Source: Coriobacteriia bacterium | GTDB lineage: Bacteria; Actinomycetota; Coriobacteriia; Coriobacteriales; UBA8131 | Assembly: GCA_009783245.1 (NCBI GenBank) | Contig: WRHL01000014.1 | Coordinates: 1 to 32,367, forward strand | DNA: 32,367 bases | Direction: 5' to 3' | Shown here: positions 1-9,763 of the stretch, piece by piece | How positions within the stretch are numbered: the stretch's first letter is position 1 | Layout: every line of letters starts with the position of its first letter | Translations under genes and position numbers: made by a program | Notes under the pieces: generated by a model | The model's database searches: none | Told to the model about the DNA's origin: nothing | What the model saw: the letters and a program-made list of their open reading frames with translations, nothing else

Positions 1-4
1 GAAG

Positions 5-109
5 GACAGAAGGGGCCGTTTCAGGACAGAAGGGGACGTTTCTATTTTGTCCTTTTCAAGGACAAAATAGAACCGTCCCCTTCTGTCCTGAACCGTCCCC
101 TTTGTCATG
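5..109. repeat. Nested inverted-repeat element (family A, 'GGACAGAAGGGGACG...CGTCCCCTTCTGTCC' / 'CCGTCCCCTTTGTCAT'), upstream of the flotillin gene
   Basis: Direct reading: arm 24-52 'ggacagaaggggacgtttctattttgtcc' is the reverse complement of 60-88 'ggacaaaatagaaccgtccccttctgtcc'. An outer arm 5-24 pairs with 89-109. The 'ccgtcccctttgtcat' motif is shared with the copies at 18189, 30109 and 30775. Confidence 0.7.
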
Positions 110-331
110 CCGCTGGACGCGCATGGGAAGCGTGCGCTGGGCGGGGTGAAGCCGCGCGGTTTTTGGGCTCGCGTTGGGGTGAGACTCATCCTGCTCGTAA
201 CCTTTTCCTGTCTGCTTGATGCATGTCCTTGCATTACGTACGTGCAGACGATACTCTACAAGTAGGCTTGGTGTTATGAGTTCCTGTGCAAGCCGTATTC
301 CGCTTATCACCATGCAAAGAGGGAGAGGACC

Positions 332-2632
332 ATGGAGTCAGTACTGGGTGTGTTATCGACGATTATCTGGATAGTGGTAGCTATTGTTGTGCTGATTGTG
401 GTGATTATCGTCTTCAAGCTGCGCTATAAGATAGCGAAGTCCAACCAGGCGCTGGTCATCTCGGGCGGCAACAAGCGAAGAAAGAAGGTCGGCGCACAGG
501 GGCCCTCCGTGCTGGTGTCAGGAGGGGCGTTCATCTCGCCCTTCAAACGGCATGAGTTCTTCTCGCTGGCAGTGCTGACGGTTATCTCTGACGACAGGGA
601 GACCCAAACCAAGACCGTGGTCCCCGTTGTGGTGAAATGGACGGCACAGCTCAAGCCTGACACCGAGACCGAAGGAGCGCTGGCCAAGGCCGTCATGGGC
701 TTCATTGGCAAGAGCGAAATGGACATCAAGGAATCCCTGCAGCAGACCCTGGAAGGTGAGATCCGCGCGGTTGTTGCGACCCTGACGCCTGAGGAGGTCA
801 TCGAGGGACGCGAGAAATTCAAGAGCGACATTGAGGAGAACGTCAAGGAGCGCATGGCTGAGCTGGGCTTCAAGCTGATCTCGTTGAACATCACCGAGGT
901 GAAGGACAACAACGACCACTATAACAACCTTGCCGCGAAGGACCGCGAGGAGAAGCGGCGTATCGCTGAGAACCTGCGGGCAGAGGAGCAGAAGTCGATT
1001 GACGAGACCGCTGCGACAACCAGCCAGGTCTCAGAGTCTGCGCGTATCGCAAAGGACATGACCGTTGCGGAGAAGAACCGTGACCTCAAGCTGAAGCAGG
1101 CTGGCTTCAGGGAGGAGACCGACAAGGCCGACAAGGTTGCCGAGTTTGCCGGCCAACTTGAGGAGCAGGACAAGCTGAAGGACCTGGCGAGCAAGGAGGG
1201 CGAGGTCGCGGTTGAGCGGGAGAAGCAGAACAGGCGCGCTGCCGAGGCCCGCCGCGACGTGGAGACCACGCTTGCCGAGACCGAGAAGCAGAAGGCGGTC
1301 ATCAACGCCGAGGCCGCAAAGGCGAAATCCGAGATCGACGCGGACGCCCAAGCGGCCATTGCCGAGAAACGCGCCGCCGGTGAAGCTGAGGCAGCCAAGA
1401 GAAGGGCCCATGGCGATGCCGAGGCAAGGATCGAACGGGCCAAGGGCGAGGCCGACGCAGTCAGGGCCGCAGCAGACGCTGAGGCCGAGAAGATCCGCAA
1501 GACCCGTTCGGCAAACGCCGAGGGTATCGAGGCGGAAGGCCGGGCAGAGGCAGAGGCCATCCGTCAGAAGGGCCTTGCTGAGGCCGAGGCCGAGCGGGCC
1601 AAGGCCGAGGCTCTGGCCGCCCAGGAGGGTGTCAACCTGCAGGTCACGCTTGCTGAGATAGAGAGTCAGACCAGGATAAAGGTATCGACCGCCATCGCGA
1701 CCGCTGTTGCTGAGGTGGGCACCAACGCCACCATCATCGACATGGGCGCCGGCAACGGTATTACTGAGGGCGATCTGCTGTCGCGGCTTTTGGGGGGACT
1801 CCCTGAGACCTTGGCCAAGCTTGATGTGAAGAGTGCGGCGCTGAACGGACAGCCCTTCAGCTCCACGCTTAACGATCTTATCCGCTCTGTCACCAACACG
1901 CCGGAGAACCTTGCCGGGGCGGCGGTTACCGGAGTTGCGGCTGACAAAGCCTTGAACAAGCCGGCCAGGACACCGCGAGTTGGAGCCTTGGCAGCCAGCG
2001 ATGAACCAACTGCAGTTGATGCCGCTTCCCTGGATGCTGGAACGGCAGCGAATCTCACTGTCCCGGCTGTCACACCTGAGGATGAGCCAATCGAGGACAG
2101 CGCCGAGTTGATTGTGGAGATAATCCCTGAGACTGTTGAGCCTGTCACTGCCCCGCTTGAGGAAGCTCCCAAGGGCAGCGACTGGCAACCACCTTTCCGT
2201 GAGGGCTCAGGGGCAAGGAAGGCTGATAAGCCCAAGGAGAGCGAGAAACCCAAGGAAGTCGAAGTGCCCGAGGAAGTTGTTGAGGTAGCGGATGCCATAG
2301 AGGCAGCAGATGCCGTGGTGCCTTCAGCCGAGATGCTGCAGGCAGTTCAGAGCATCGCTAAGATAAACGAGATGGACCAGATACAGGCATGGGAACTTGC
2401 CCAGGTCTGCGAGGTCATCAAGGACGCCGGCCTACAGGTGGACAAAGACGTCTACACAGCTGCCTATAACGCAGTGGACGTCATCAAGACCATCCACAGG
2501 TCTGGCGAGAAAGTCGATGTCAAGCATGTCGCAAAGGCCATTCTTGACCTTGATGAGGGCGCAAGCTCCAGCGATATCCTCAAACGTGTCGCTGAACTGA
2601 CCAAAAAGGCCCGGGCCAGCAAAAAGAGCTGA
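332..2632 (+). CDS. Flotillin / SPFH (band-7) family membrane protein with a long Ala/Glu-rich coiled coil and an acidic C-terminal extension
   Basis: 766 aa. N-terminal TM helix 'IIWIVVAIVVLIVVIIVF'. SPFH-like region 'ALVISGG...GGAFISPF...', followed by a long EA/K-rich coiled coil typical of flotillins. RBS 'agagggagagg' before the ATG. Confidence 0.65.
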   Translation: MESVLGVLSTIIWIVVAIVVLIVVIIVFKLRYKIAKSNQALVISGGNKRRKKVGAQGPSVLVSGGAFISPFKRHEFFSLAVLTVISDDRETQTKTVVPVVVKWTAQLKPDTETEGALAKAVMGFIGKSEMDIKESLQQTLEGEIRAVVATLTPEEVIEGREKFKSDIEENVKERMAELGFKLISLNITEVKDNNDHYNNLAAKDREEKRRIAENLRAEEQKSIDETAATTSQVSESARIAKDMTVAEKNRDLKLKQAGFREETDKADKVAEFAGQLEEQDKLKDLASKEGEVAVEREKQNRRAAEARRDVETTLAETEKQKAVINAEAAKAKSEIDADAQAAIAEKRAAGEAEAAKRRAHGDAEARIERAKGEADAVRAAADAEAEKIRKTRSANAEGIEAEGRAEAEAIRQKGLAEAEAERAKAEALAAQEGVNLQVTLAEIESQTRIKVSTAIATAVAEVGTNATIIDMGAGNGITEGDLLSRLLGGLPETLAKLDVKSAALNGQPFSSTLNDLIRSVTNTPENLAGAAVTGVAADKALNKPARTPRVGALAASDEPTAVDAASLDAGTAANLTVPAVTPEDEPIEDSAELIVEIIPETVEPVTAPLEEAPKGSDWQPPFREGSGARKADKPKESEKPKEVEVPEEVVEVADAIEAADAVVPSAEMLQAVQSIAKINEMDQIQAWELAQVCEVIKDAGLQVDKDVYTAAYNAVDVIKTIHRSGEKVDVKHVAKAILDLDEGASSSDILKRVAELTKKARASKKS

Positions 2633-2670
2633 CCCTGATGTAGCTATAACACGGGACTCGGGGGCTTTCC

Positions 2671-4209
2671 ATGGATGATGGCGTAAGGGAGAAAGGCGGC
2701 GGCTCCGGCGACGGCGGGGAGAGCGGGGTCGGCGGTATCACTGCCATCTCCATCCGCACCTATGTCACTGCCTTTGTGGTGCTTGTCGCCTTGATGGTTG
2801 CGGCCTTCATCGTGACGCGGGTTTTGCCTGCAGGCGAATTCAGCAGGACGCTTGTTGATGGGGTCGAGGTTATAGTACCCGGCTCCTTCCAGGGCACAAC
2901 CGGTGACCTGCCATTCTGGAAGTGGCTGCTCTCGCCCCTGCTTATCCTTGGCGGGCCGAACAATGTCATGCTGATCTTCCTTTTGGTCTTCCTGTTTGTC
3001 ATAGGCGGGGCCTTCTACGCCCTGGAGTCCTGTGGTGTGCTCAGCTTCTTGATCACCAGCATCGCAAAGAGGTTCGAGCGCAACAACCGCCTGCTGCTCT
3101 TCATCCTACCCCTGGTCTTCATGTTGCTGGGGACGCTGATCGGCTCCTTTGAAGAGGTCATCCCCCTGGCTGCCATTGTTGTCGCCTTGGCCCTACGCCT
3201 GGGATGGGACCGCTTCCAGGGGCTGGGTATGAGCATTCTGGCCGTGGGCTGCGGTTTTGCGGTAGGCGTCATGAACCCCTTCACCACCGGCATCGCCCAG
3301 ACCATCGCCGGCCTGCCCATCTTCTCTGGAGCCTGGCTCCGCATTGTGTGCTTTGTGCTGGTCTATGCCCTGCTGATGGGCTTCCTGCTGCTAAATGCCC
3401 GTCGCTGCGAACGGGCTGGCAAAGCGAGCGGCTTTGGTATCAAAGCCAGCACGAGAAGTGCGGCAACAGAACCTGCCGCCAATCCCTCACAAACCGACGC
3501 CCCCGCAACCACCTTCCCAGCAGCTGATAACCCCGCAACCAACCCCCGTATGCCCAAGGCGCTGAAGGCCTTTGTCATTGTCTTTGTCATAGGCATTGCC
3601 GCGATAATCGCCTGCAGTGTGATTCCCCTGTCAGGGCTTGCTGACCTGGTCTTCCCCGTCTGCGCCCTCACCTTCCTGCTCTGTGGGATAATCGCCCCTC
3701 TGCTCTGCGGCTGCGGCGGAAAACAGCTTGTACTCTGGTTCCTCAACGGCATGAAGACCATCGCACCAGGCGCATTGCTGGTGCTGATGGCCTCCTCCAT
3801 CAGCTATATGCTGACCGAAGGCAGGGTGCTTGACACCATCATCTATTACACCTATAACTTCCTGGGCGACAAGCCAGGTTGGTTGACCATCCTTGGCATC
3901 TACCTGCTGGTCATGCTGCTGGAATTCGCCATTCCGTCGGGATCCGCCAAGGCGTTCCTGTTGATACCCCTGCTCGCCCCGCTTGTCGACCTCATCGACA
4001 TCCCGCGCCAGCTGTTAGTCCTCTCATACATCTTTGGGGATGGTTTCACCAACGTGTTATACCCCACCAATCCTGCCCTGCTCATCGCGCTCTCGCTGGG
4101 CGGCCTGAGCTACGGGCAGTGGATCAAGCGATCCTGGCCCTTCTTTGTGGGGCTGCTTATCCTGACGGCGATTATTCTGTTGGTGGCGCTGGCAATCGGC
4201 TACCAATGA
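2671..4209 (+). CDS. Polytopic membrane transporter, YfcC / DcuC-like (putative anaerobic C4-dicarboxylate or basic amino acid carrier) family
   Basis: 512 aa with more than 10 hydrophobic helices. Motifs 'LLEFAIPSGSAKAFLLIPLLAPL' and 'SYIFGDGFTNVLYPTNP' resemble the YfcC family. The exact start is uncertain (Gly-rich N-terminus). Confidence 0.45.
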   Translation: MDDGVREKGGGSGDGGESGVGGITAISIRTYVTAFVVLVALMVAAFIVTRVLPAGEFSRTLVDGVEVIVPGSFQGTTGDLPFWKWLLSPLLILGGPNNVMLIFLLVFLFVIGGAFYALESCGVLSFLITSIAKRFERNNRLLLFILPLVFMLLGTLIGSFEEVIPLAAIVVALALRLGWDRFQGLGMSILAVGCGFAVGVMNPFTTGIAQTIAGLPIFSGAWLRIVCFVLVYALLMGFLLLNARRCERAGKASGFGIKASTRSAATEPAANPSQTDAPATTFPAADNPATNPRMPKALKAFVIVFVIGIAAIIACSVIPLSGLADLVFPVCALTFLLCGIIAPLLCGCGGKQLVLWFLNGMKTIAPGALLVLMASSISYMLTEGRVLDTIIYYTYNFLGDKPGWLTILGIYLLVMLLEFAIPSGSAKAFLLIPLLAPLVDLIDIPRQLLVLSYIFGDGFTNVLYPTNPALLIALSLGGLSYGQWIKRSWPFFVGLLILTAIILLVALAIGYQ

Positions 4210-4221
4210 TCAACTGGCGGG

Positions 4222-5499
4222 CTAGCCTCTCCCGTCATCGACATCGATGCGCCTTGCTTTCTGCAGGGCATTGATCAAATGATAGAGAACCAGAGCGGCA
4301 ACGGCTCCCCAGGCGATACCGCCAAGGGTTATGTCGCCAAATGTAGTGGTGAAGTCAGCGATGCCCAGAACCAGTGGCACCGCACCGGTGATGATGTTGA
4401 TCGGCTTGGAGAAGTCGACCTTGTTCTGCACCCAGATACGTACACCCAACATACCGATCATACCGTAGAGCAGTATGCACACGCCACCAAGGACACCAGG
4501 AGGGATGGTGTTTATCGCCGCACCGAACTTTGGACAGAGCGAAAGTATCAAGGCGCCAATACCAGCAATCCAGTAGGCAGCAGTTGAGTAGACCCTCGTA
4601 GCCGCCATGACGCCGATATTCTCGGCATAGGTTGTGGTACCAGAACCGCCACCCAGACCAGCCAGGGTAGTGCCCAGGCCGTCGGAGAACAGCGCTCGGC
4701 CGATGTACTTGTCGAGGTTCTCGCCGGTCATGGCAGCCACAGACTTTACGTGGCCGATATTCTCGGCAATCAGCACCAGGACCACAGGTAGGAACATCGG
4801 CAGGATGCTGAAGTCGACCTGTGGAAGCATGAACTGCGGAAGGCCGACCCAGTCTGCTTGGCTAATGGCAGCAAAATCAACCTCCCCGCGGATGACAGCG
4901 CAGGCATAACCAATCAGTACGCCGCAGAGGATAGACAGCCTGCCAAGCATACCCTTGGAGAGCGCCTGGATCAAAACGATGGAGCCAAAGGTCACCACGG
5001 CGGTTACCGGGAAAGCCAGGAAGTTCCCCGCGGCTACCGGCGCCAGGTTGAAGCCGATCAGCGCAACGATAACGCCGGTGACCACCGGCGGCATCAGTTT
5101 GTCAACCCAGCTATAACCGACCTTCATGATCAACAGGCCTACCAGAGCAAGCAGTATGCCAGTGCTCATGATGCCAAAGGTCGCTATCGCAAAGTTCCCG
5201 CCAGAAGTCGCCGCCCAGATGGGCGCGAGGAAGGCAAAGGAGGAGCCAAGGTAACTGGGAACCCTGTTGCGGGTGATGAGTAAGAAGACCATGGTTGAGA
5301 TAGCGGAGAAGAACAGCGTGGTCGCCGGGGGGAAGCCGGTCAAGAGCGGCACCAGGAAGGTCGCACCGAACATCGCCACTATATGCTGGAGCCCAATACC
5401 GGTTGTCCGCACCCAGGACAGACGTTCATCTGGTGCGATCACCTCACCTGCCTTGATGGTCTTGCCGTCGCCGTGCAGCTTCCAATTGAACAGCGCCAT
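4222..5499 (-). CDS. Nucleobase:cation symporter-2 (NCS2) family permease (uracil/xanthine permease)
   Basis: 425 aa polytopic membrane protein. NCS2-like segments 'GLQHIVAMFGATFLVP' and 'TTYAENIGVMAATRVYS'. RBS 'ggaggga' upstream on the minus strand. Converges with the previous gene across a 12-bp gap. Confidence 0.7.
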   Translation of the reverse strand: MALFNWKLHGDGKTIKAGEVIAPDERLSWVRTTGIGLQHIVAMFGATFLVPLLTGFPPATTLFFSAISTMVFLLITRNRVPSYLGSSFAFLAPIWAATSGGNFAIATFGIMSTGILLALVGLLIMKVGYSWVDKLMPPVVTGVIVALIGFNLAPVAAGNFLAFPVTAVVTFGSIVLIQALSKGMLGRLSILCGVLIGYACAVIRGEVDFAAISQADWVGLPQFMLPQVDFSILPMFLPVVLVLIAENIGHVKSVAAMTGENLDKYIGRALFSDGLGTTLAGLGGGSGTTTYAENIGVMAATRVYSTAAYWIAGIGALILSLCPKFGAAINTIPPGVLGGVCILLYGMIGMLGVRIWVQNKVDFSKPINIITGAVPLVLGIADFTTTFGDITLGGIAWGAVAALVLYHLINALQKARRIDVDDGRG

Positions 5500-5661
5500 A
5501 GTCTCACTCCCTCCGTAGCTTCTTGGTCAGCCTATTGCTAAACCCTCCGGCTTTTTGTGGCCTTGTTCAATATACTCTTCCGCTTTGCTTACTGTCACTA
5601 CCTTACTTTGCAGACAGGTGTGCTACTATCTGTCTTCTGAAGCGAAGAAAGACAGGTTGGA

Positions 5662-6678
5662 ATGGAATATCAGGAACATGTGCCGCTATCTACGCTGACT
5701 ACCATACGGTTGGGAGGCCTTGCCAGGTATGTGGTTGAAGTTGCCGAGAAGGACGGCTTGGTGGCAGCAGTGGCGTTTGCGCGGGAGCGGAGGATCCCCT
5801 GGTTTGTGCTGGGTAGCGGCTCCAATGTAGTGGCGCGAGGCGACTATGCTGGGCTTATCATCCTGAACCGCATCAAAGGCTTTGAGAAGCTGCATGAGGA
5901 TGAGATCAGCGTCACTTACCGGATAGGGGCTGGTGAGATCTGGGATGCGGTTGTTGAGCGGCTGGTGGACGTTGACCTCAGTGGTGTTGAGGCGATGAGT
6001 GGGATTCCGGGTTACGCCGGATCGACCCTGGTCCAAAATGTCGGCGCCTACGGGCAGGAGATCTCCTCTGCCCTGGTCGAGCTGGAAGCCTATGATACTG
6101 ATAGCGGCTCCTTTACTATCCTGGCTCCCGATGACTGCGGTTTTTCCTATCGGAACAGCGTTTTCAAGGATCCCCGGACTCGACACCACATCATCACGAC
6201 GATAACCCTGCGCCTGAGCAAGGGGGCGCTGGAACCGCCCTTCTATCCCTCTTTAGAGCAGTTCCTGAACGACAACGCTGTCACTGACTACACACCAGCC
6301 AGCATCCGTGCGGCTGTCTTGGCTATCCGCTCTGACAAGCTTCCTGACCCACAAAAGATCGCCAGCGCTGGATCCTTCTTCAAGAACCCCGTTGTGGACA
6401 GTGACCTGGCTGCTGGACTGCTTGAGCGATATCCCAACGCCCCACATTGGGAAATGCCAGGCAGCCAGATGAAACTGGCTGCCGGCTGGTTGATAGAGCA
6501 GGTTGGGTTAGGGTCATATTCTGCCCACGGTCTGCAACTCTATCCCAAGAACGCACTGGTTGTGACTAATCTGAACGCTGAGTCTGCTGAGGATCTGGAA
6601 CGGTTCAAATCCGAGATCATCGCCAGGGTCCAAAAGGGGTTCGACATCACACTTGAGCAAGAGCCCGAGGACCTATGA
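5662..6678 (+). CDS. murB: UDP-N-acetylenolpyruvoylglucosamine reductase (UDP-N-acetylmuramate dehydrogenase)
   Basis: 338 aa. FAD-binding N-terminus 'TTIRLGGLARYVVEV...WFVLGSGSNVV'. C-terminal 'GSFFKNP...KLAAGWLIEQ.GL.G' motifs typical of MurB. Confidence 0.8.
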   Translation: MEYQEHVPLSTLTTIRLGGLARYVVEVAEKDGLVAAVAFARERRIPWFVLGSGSNVVARGDYAGLIILNRIKGFEKLHEDEISVTYRIGAGEIWDAVVERLVDVDLSGVEAMSGIPGYAGSTLVQNVGAYGQEISSALVELEAYDTDSGSFTILAPDDCGFSYRNSVFKDPRTRHHIITTITLRLSKGALEPPFYPSLEQFLNDNAVTDYTPASIRAAVLAIRSDKLPDPQKIASAGSFFKNPVVDSDLAAGLLERYPNAPHWEMPGSQMKLAAGWLIEQVGLGSYSAHGLQLYPKNALVVTNLNAESAEDLERFKSEIIARVQKGFDITLEQEPEDL

Positions 6679-7914
6679 ATCCTGCTGCTCTGTCTCAGAT
6701 GGCGGAGCAGGTGGTGGGTACTGCGCCTGTTTCTTGCTGAACCGCTTTGCCTGAACCTGTTGCCGTAGTTCCTGCAGATGAAGGGATTTCTCGATCTTTT
6801 CCTGAGCTCTCTTGTCCCTGCGTTTTTGCCGTGCCTTGCCTATACGGGTGTTCTTGAACCTGCCGCGACTCTTCCTTATCACAATGAAGATGATCCAGAG
6901 GATAAGCGCGATTGCTACCAGAAGCCCAATAACCGGCGCCGCACCAGCGAGGGACACAACTACGTCTTCCAGGAAGCTCTTCACGTTCTCTGCTGAGAGA
7001 AGGAAGGCCTCTGACGCGCGATCGCCTAAGGGCTCGCCGTCTTTGCCGATGGTCTCTGGCGTTATCAGCTCGACGAGGGTTATCTCCACGGTGGCATAGT
7101 CGACGATCTGGTCAAGGTGGCGCTTGTTGCTCTGGTAGCCATCGAGCTCATTCAATACGTTGGAAAGATCACGTTCAAAGGCGATGATATCCTCGGCTTT
7201 CTCCGCCAGGAGAAGGTAGTTGAGAAGGCGATCCCTGCGCATCTCGAGCATCGCTATGCGTGCCTCGGTGTCGAAATACTCTGACGTCAGATCCTGAGAC
7301 CACTTGTTCTTGCTTGTCATCTCGCCAATGCCGGAAAGACCGTCAAGGAACGAGTCATAGCCAAGCGCGGGTATCTTTGCCGTTATGCAACTGGAACGTG
7401 GCTGAGGTCGGTCGTATTTTGTGGAGTTGTCTATGGTCCTTTCCGTGGAAACATACCCTCCGGACTGCCGTATCATGTTATTGATCGCCTTGTAGTCGGC
7501 ATCGAAGTTCTTGGTGTTCATGCTATAGTCAGCCCAGAAGGTGATTTTTCGCCCCGTCATCACATTGTCTGGTAAATCCATCTGATTGGTGACATCCTCA
7601 GTGTCGACCTCTACATATGTGACGGTTTCCTTTTTTTTCTTGTTGGAGCTGGAAGAGCTGGAGCTTGAAGTTGCCATTGGGGTGGCGGCGTCTTCCATTA
7701 CCATTACCTCGTACCCATACCCACCATCTGTTGAGTACTTCGGCTCATAGGGGCTTGCTGAGCTTCCCGAAGATGCTGACTGCATCGGCGCCGAATCATG
7801 TGCCTCCCGCTTTGTGTTGGAGCTGCACGCACTTATGGAAGCCACCAACAGTAGGGCCATCAGTGTAGCCAGCAGCCCTTTTATCCTCTTTCCCTTACCC
7901 TTTTGAAACATCAT
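6673..7914 (-). CDS. Membrane-anchored lipoprotein, DUF4349-like, with a C-terminal TM helix and a highly basic cytoplasmic tail
   Basis: 413 aa. Lipoprotein signal 'LLVASISACSSN', Ser-rich linker, central conserved domain, TM 'VIGLLVAIALILWIIFIVI', then a tail rich in K/R/Q. GC visibly lower than the neighbours. RBS 'gggagga'. Confidence 0.45.
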   Translation of the reverse strand: MMFQKGKGKRIKGLLATLMALLLVASISACSSNTKREAHDSAPMQSASSGSSASPYEPKYSTDGGYGYEVMVMEDAATPMATSSSSSSSSNKKKKETVTYVEVDTEDVTNQMDLPDNVMTGRKITFWADYSMNTKNFDADYKAINNMIRQSGGYVSTERTIDNSTKYDRPQPRSSCITAKIPALGYDSFLDGLSGIGEMTSKNKWSQDLTSEYFDTEARIAMLEMRRDRLLNYLLLAEKAEDIIAFERDLSNVLNELDGYQSNKRHLDQIVDYATVEITLVELITPETIGKDGEPLGDRASEAFLLSAENVKSFLEDVVVSLAGAAPVIGLLVAIALILWIIFIVIRKSRGRFKNTRIGKARQKRRDKRAQEKIEKSLHLQELRQQVQAKRFSKKQAQYPPPAPPSETEQQDS

Positions 7915-8075
7915 GGTCCTCCCTACCTCTCTTTGTAGGCATTTTCCCGTCTGCCTTTTTAATCAATACGATTCAGATAACCTAAATGTCGCTTCCCAAA
8001 AAGTTATAATTCAGTCTTAGGGAAACCGTAGCGTTGTGAACACGTCAAGATACGCTACAAGGAACAGGGAGGGGC

Positions 8076-8939
8076 TTGGATATGCAACGGCTGAAGAGAG
8101 TGTTTTTTGGATTGCTGCTTGTGTCATTTGTTATCTCTGGGACAGGCCTACTTTCAGCCTGTTCGGCTCCAGCAGGCAACGGGGCTAAAGGTGATGGACA
8201 GTCAAATGCTGAGAAAAGGACCCTGACCGTTGCCATGGAGCTTGCCTATCCGCCCTTTGAGACCAAGGATGCAACGGGCAATCCCAGCGGATTGAGCGTC
8301 GATTTCATCACCGAGTTCGCCAAGGCCTACAACTACGACATAGTCATCGAGAACACCGCGTGGGACGGCCTGATACCCTCACTGCAGACCGGGTTGGCAG
8401 ACTGTGTCATCAGCTCGATGACCATAACCGATGCTCGCGCCCAACAGGTGGATTTCAGCGATCCTTATGCCGTTGCACAACTGGCGCTGCTCACCAACAG
8501 CGGCTCGGGGATCAGCTCGATAGACGACCTCAATCAGACGGGAAAGAGCATCGCGGTCAAGACGGGATCGACCGGAGATATCTATGCGACTAACAACCTT
8601 CCCCTCACCACCATCATCCGCCTGGCTGATGAGAGCGCCTGTGTCACCGAGGTGACTCAGGGCAAGGTCGACGCGTTCATCTATGACCAGTTGACCATCT
8701 ACCGCAACCAGCAGAACAATCCAGATACAACAACAGCGGTGTTCATTCCGTTCCAGGACCCGGAGCATTGGGGTATAGCCGTCCAGAAAGGCAACAGTGA
8801 GCTTCTTGCCGAGCTGAATGAGTTCATTGCAACCAGCAAGACCGACGGCACCTTTGACAGACTGACACAAAAACACCTCCCCTCAGAGAAGGCTACCTTT
8901 GATGAGCTGGGGTTCAGATGGTTCTTTGATTTCAGCTGA
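8076..8939 (+). CDS. Polar amino acid ABC transporter, substrate-binding lipoprotein
   Basis: 287 aa. Lipoprotein signal 'GLLSACSAPAG'. Family-3 SBP motifs 'LTVAMELAYPPFE' and 'DAFIYDQLT'. RBS 'gggagggg'. Confidence 0.75.
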   Translation: MDMQRLKRVFFGLLLVSFVISGTGLLSACSAPAGNGAKGDGQSNAEKRTLTVAMELAYPPFETKDATGNPSGLSVDFITEFAKAYNYDIVIENTAWDGLIPSLQTGLADCVISSMTITDARAQQVDFSDPYAVAQLALLTNSGSGISSIDDLNQTGKSIAVKTGSTGDIYATNNLPLTTIIRLADESACVTEVTQGKVDAFIYDQLTIYRNQQNNPDTTTAVFIPFQDPEHWGIAVQKGNSELLAELNEFIATSKTDGTFDRLTQKHLPSEKATFDELGFRWFFDFS

Positions 8940-8959
8940 GCGCCCGCGTCTGCAACAGG

Positions 8960-9763
8960 GTGAGCCCTTTCAAGCACATACTCAACCTTTTCCTTGCGAC
9001 CAAGGACAGGCCAACCCCTCCTCTCAAGGGGGCAGTCAACTACCTCTTGGTCTGCCTGCTGGTCATTGTGGTGTTCTGGGTATCGATCTCAGCGCTTGAC
9101 GTGAGTTTCAGCTTTGGGTTTGTTGGCTTCTATGGGATACGGATACGCGATGGATTCATCCTCACGGTTCAGCTTTCTGTTGTCAGCTTGATCATAAGCC
9201 TGGTGCTGGGAGGCCTGGTCGCCGGAGGGCACCGGTCACGCATCCTGCCGTTGCGCTACCTGTGTGACGCATATGTCAAGGTGATCAGAGGCACGCCCCT
9301 TATCGTACAGATATACCTTTTCTTCTACATCATCGGTACCGCCTGGGGAATCAAGAACCGTTTCATCGCAGGCGTGCTCATCCTCTCCATCTTTGAGGGC
9401 GCCTATATCGCAGAGATCATCCGTGGCAGCTTCCTTTCGCTCGACGAGACGCAGTTGGAAGCTGCGCGTTCGGTGGGATTCACGAGAAGACAGACTCTGC
9501 GCCACGTGATACTTCCACAGATGATCGCACGGACCCTTCCTGCCCTGACGGGGCAGTTCGCCAATGTAATCAAGGACTCGTCGCTGCTTTCCATCATCGC
9601 GGTCATAGAGATGACACAGACCATGCGCGAGATAAGCGCCACAACCTTCCAATTATTCGAGAGCTATATACTCCTGGGTGCGCTCTACCTGTGCCTTACG
9701 CTGCCTATCACCTTTGTCAGCCGCCTGTTTGAGAAAAGGTTCAACTATGCACGTAAGGCTTGA
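8960..9763 (+). CDS. Polar amino acid ABC transporter permease
   Basis: 267 aa. Probable GTG start. 'VKVIRGTPLIVQIYLFFY' and the EAA-type loop 'LDETQLEAARSVGFTRRQTL' are typical of HisM/GlnP-type permeases. Confidence 0.75.
   Translation: MSPFKHILNLFLATKDRPTPPLKGAVNYLLVCLLVIVVFWVSISALDVSFSFGFVGFYGIRIRDGFILTVQLSVVSLIISLVLGGLVAGGHRSRILPLRYLCDAYVKVIRGTPLIVQIYLFFYIIGTAWGIKNRFIAGVLILSIFEGAYIAEIIRGSFLSLDETQLEAARSVGFTRRQTLRHVILPQMIARTLPALTGQFANVIKDSSLLSIIAVIEMTQTMREISATTFQLFESYILLGALYLCLTLPITFVSRLFEKRFNYARKA

Noticed and set aside
150-172. 'CCGCGCGG' followed by TTTTT as a terminator
   Set aside because: The stem is only about 3-4 bp once a loop is allowed, which is too weak to call without upstream gene context.
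919-2298. Long minus-strand ORFs (213, 385 and 210 aa) antisense to the flotillin gene
   Set aside because: They are low-complexity Ala/Ser/Leu/Arg-rich translations typical of shadow ORFs in high-GC repetitive coding sequence. They have no RBS or motifs and lie fully inside a well-supported + strand gene.
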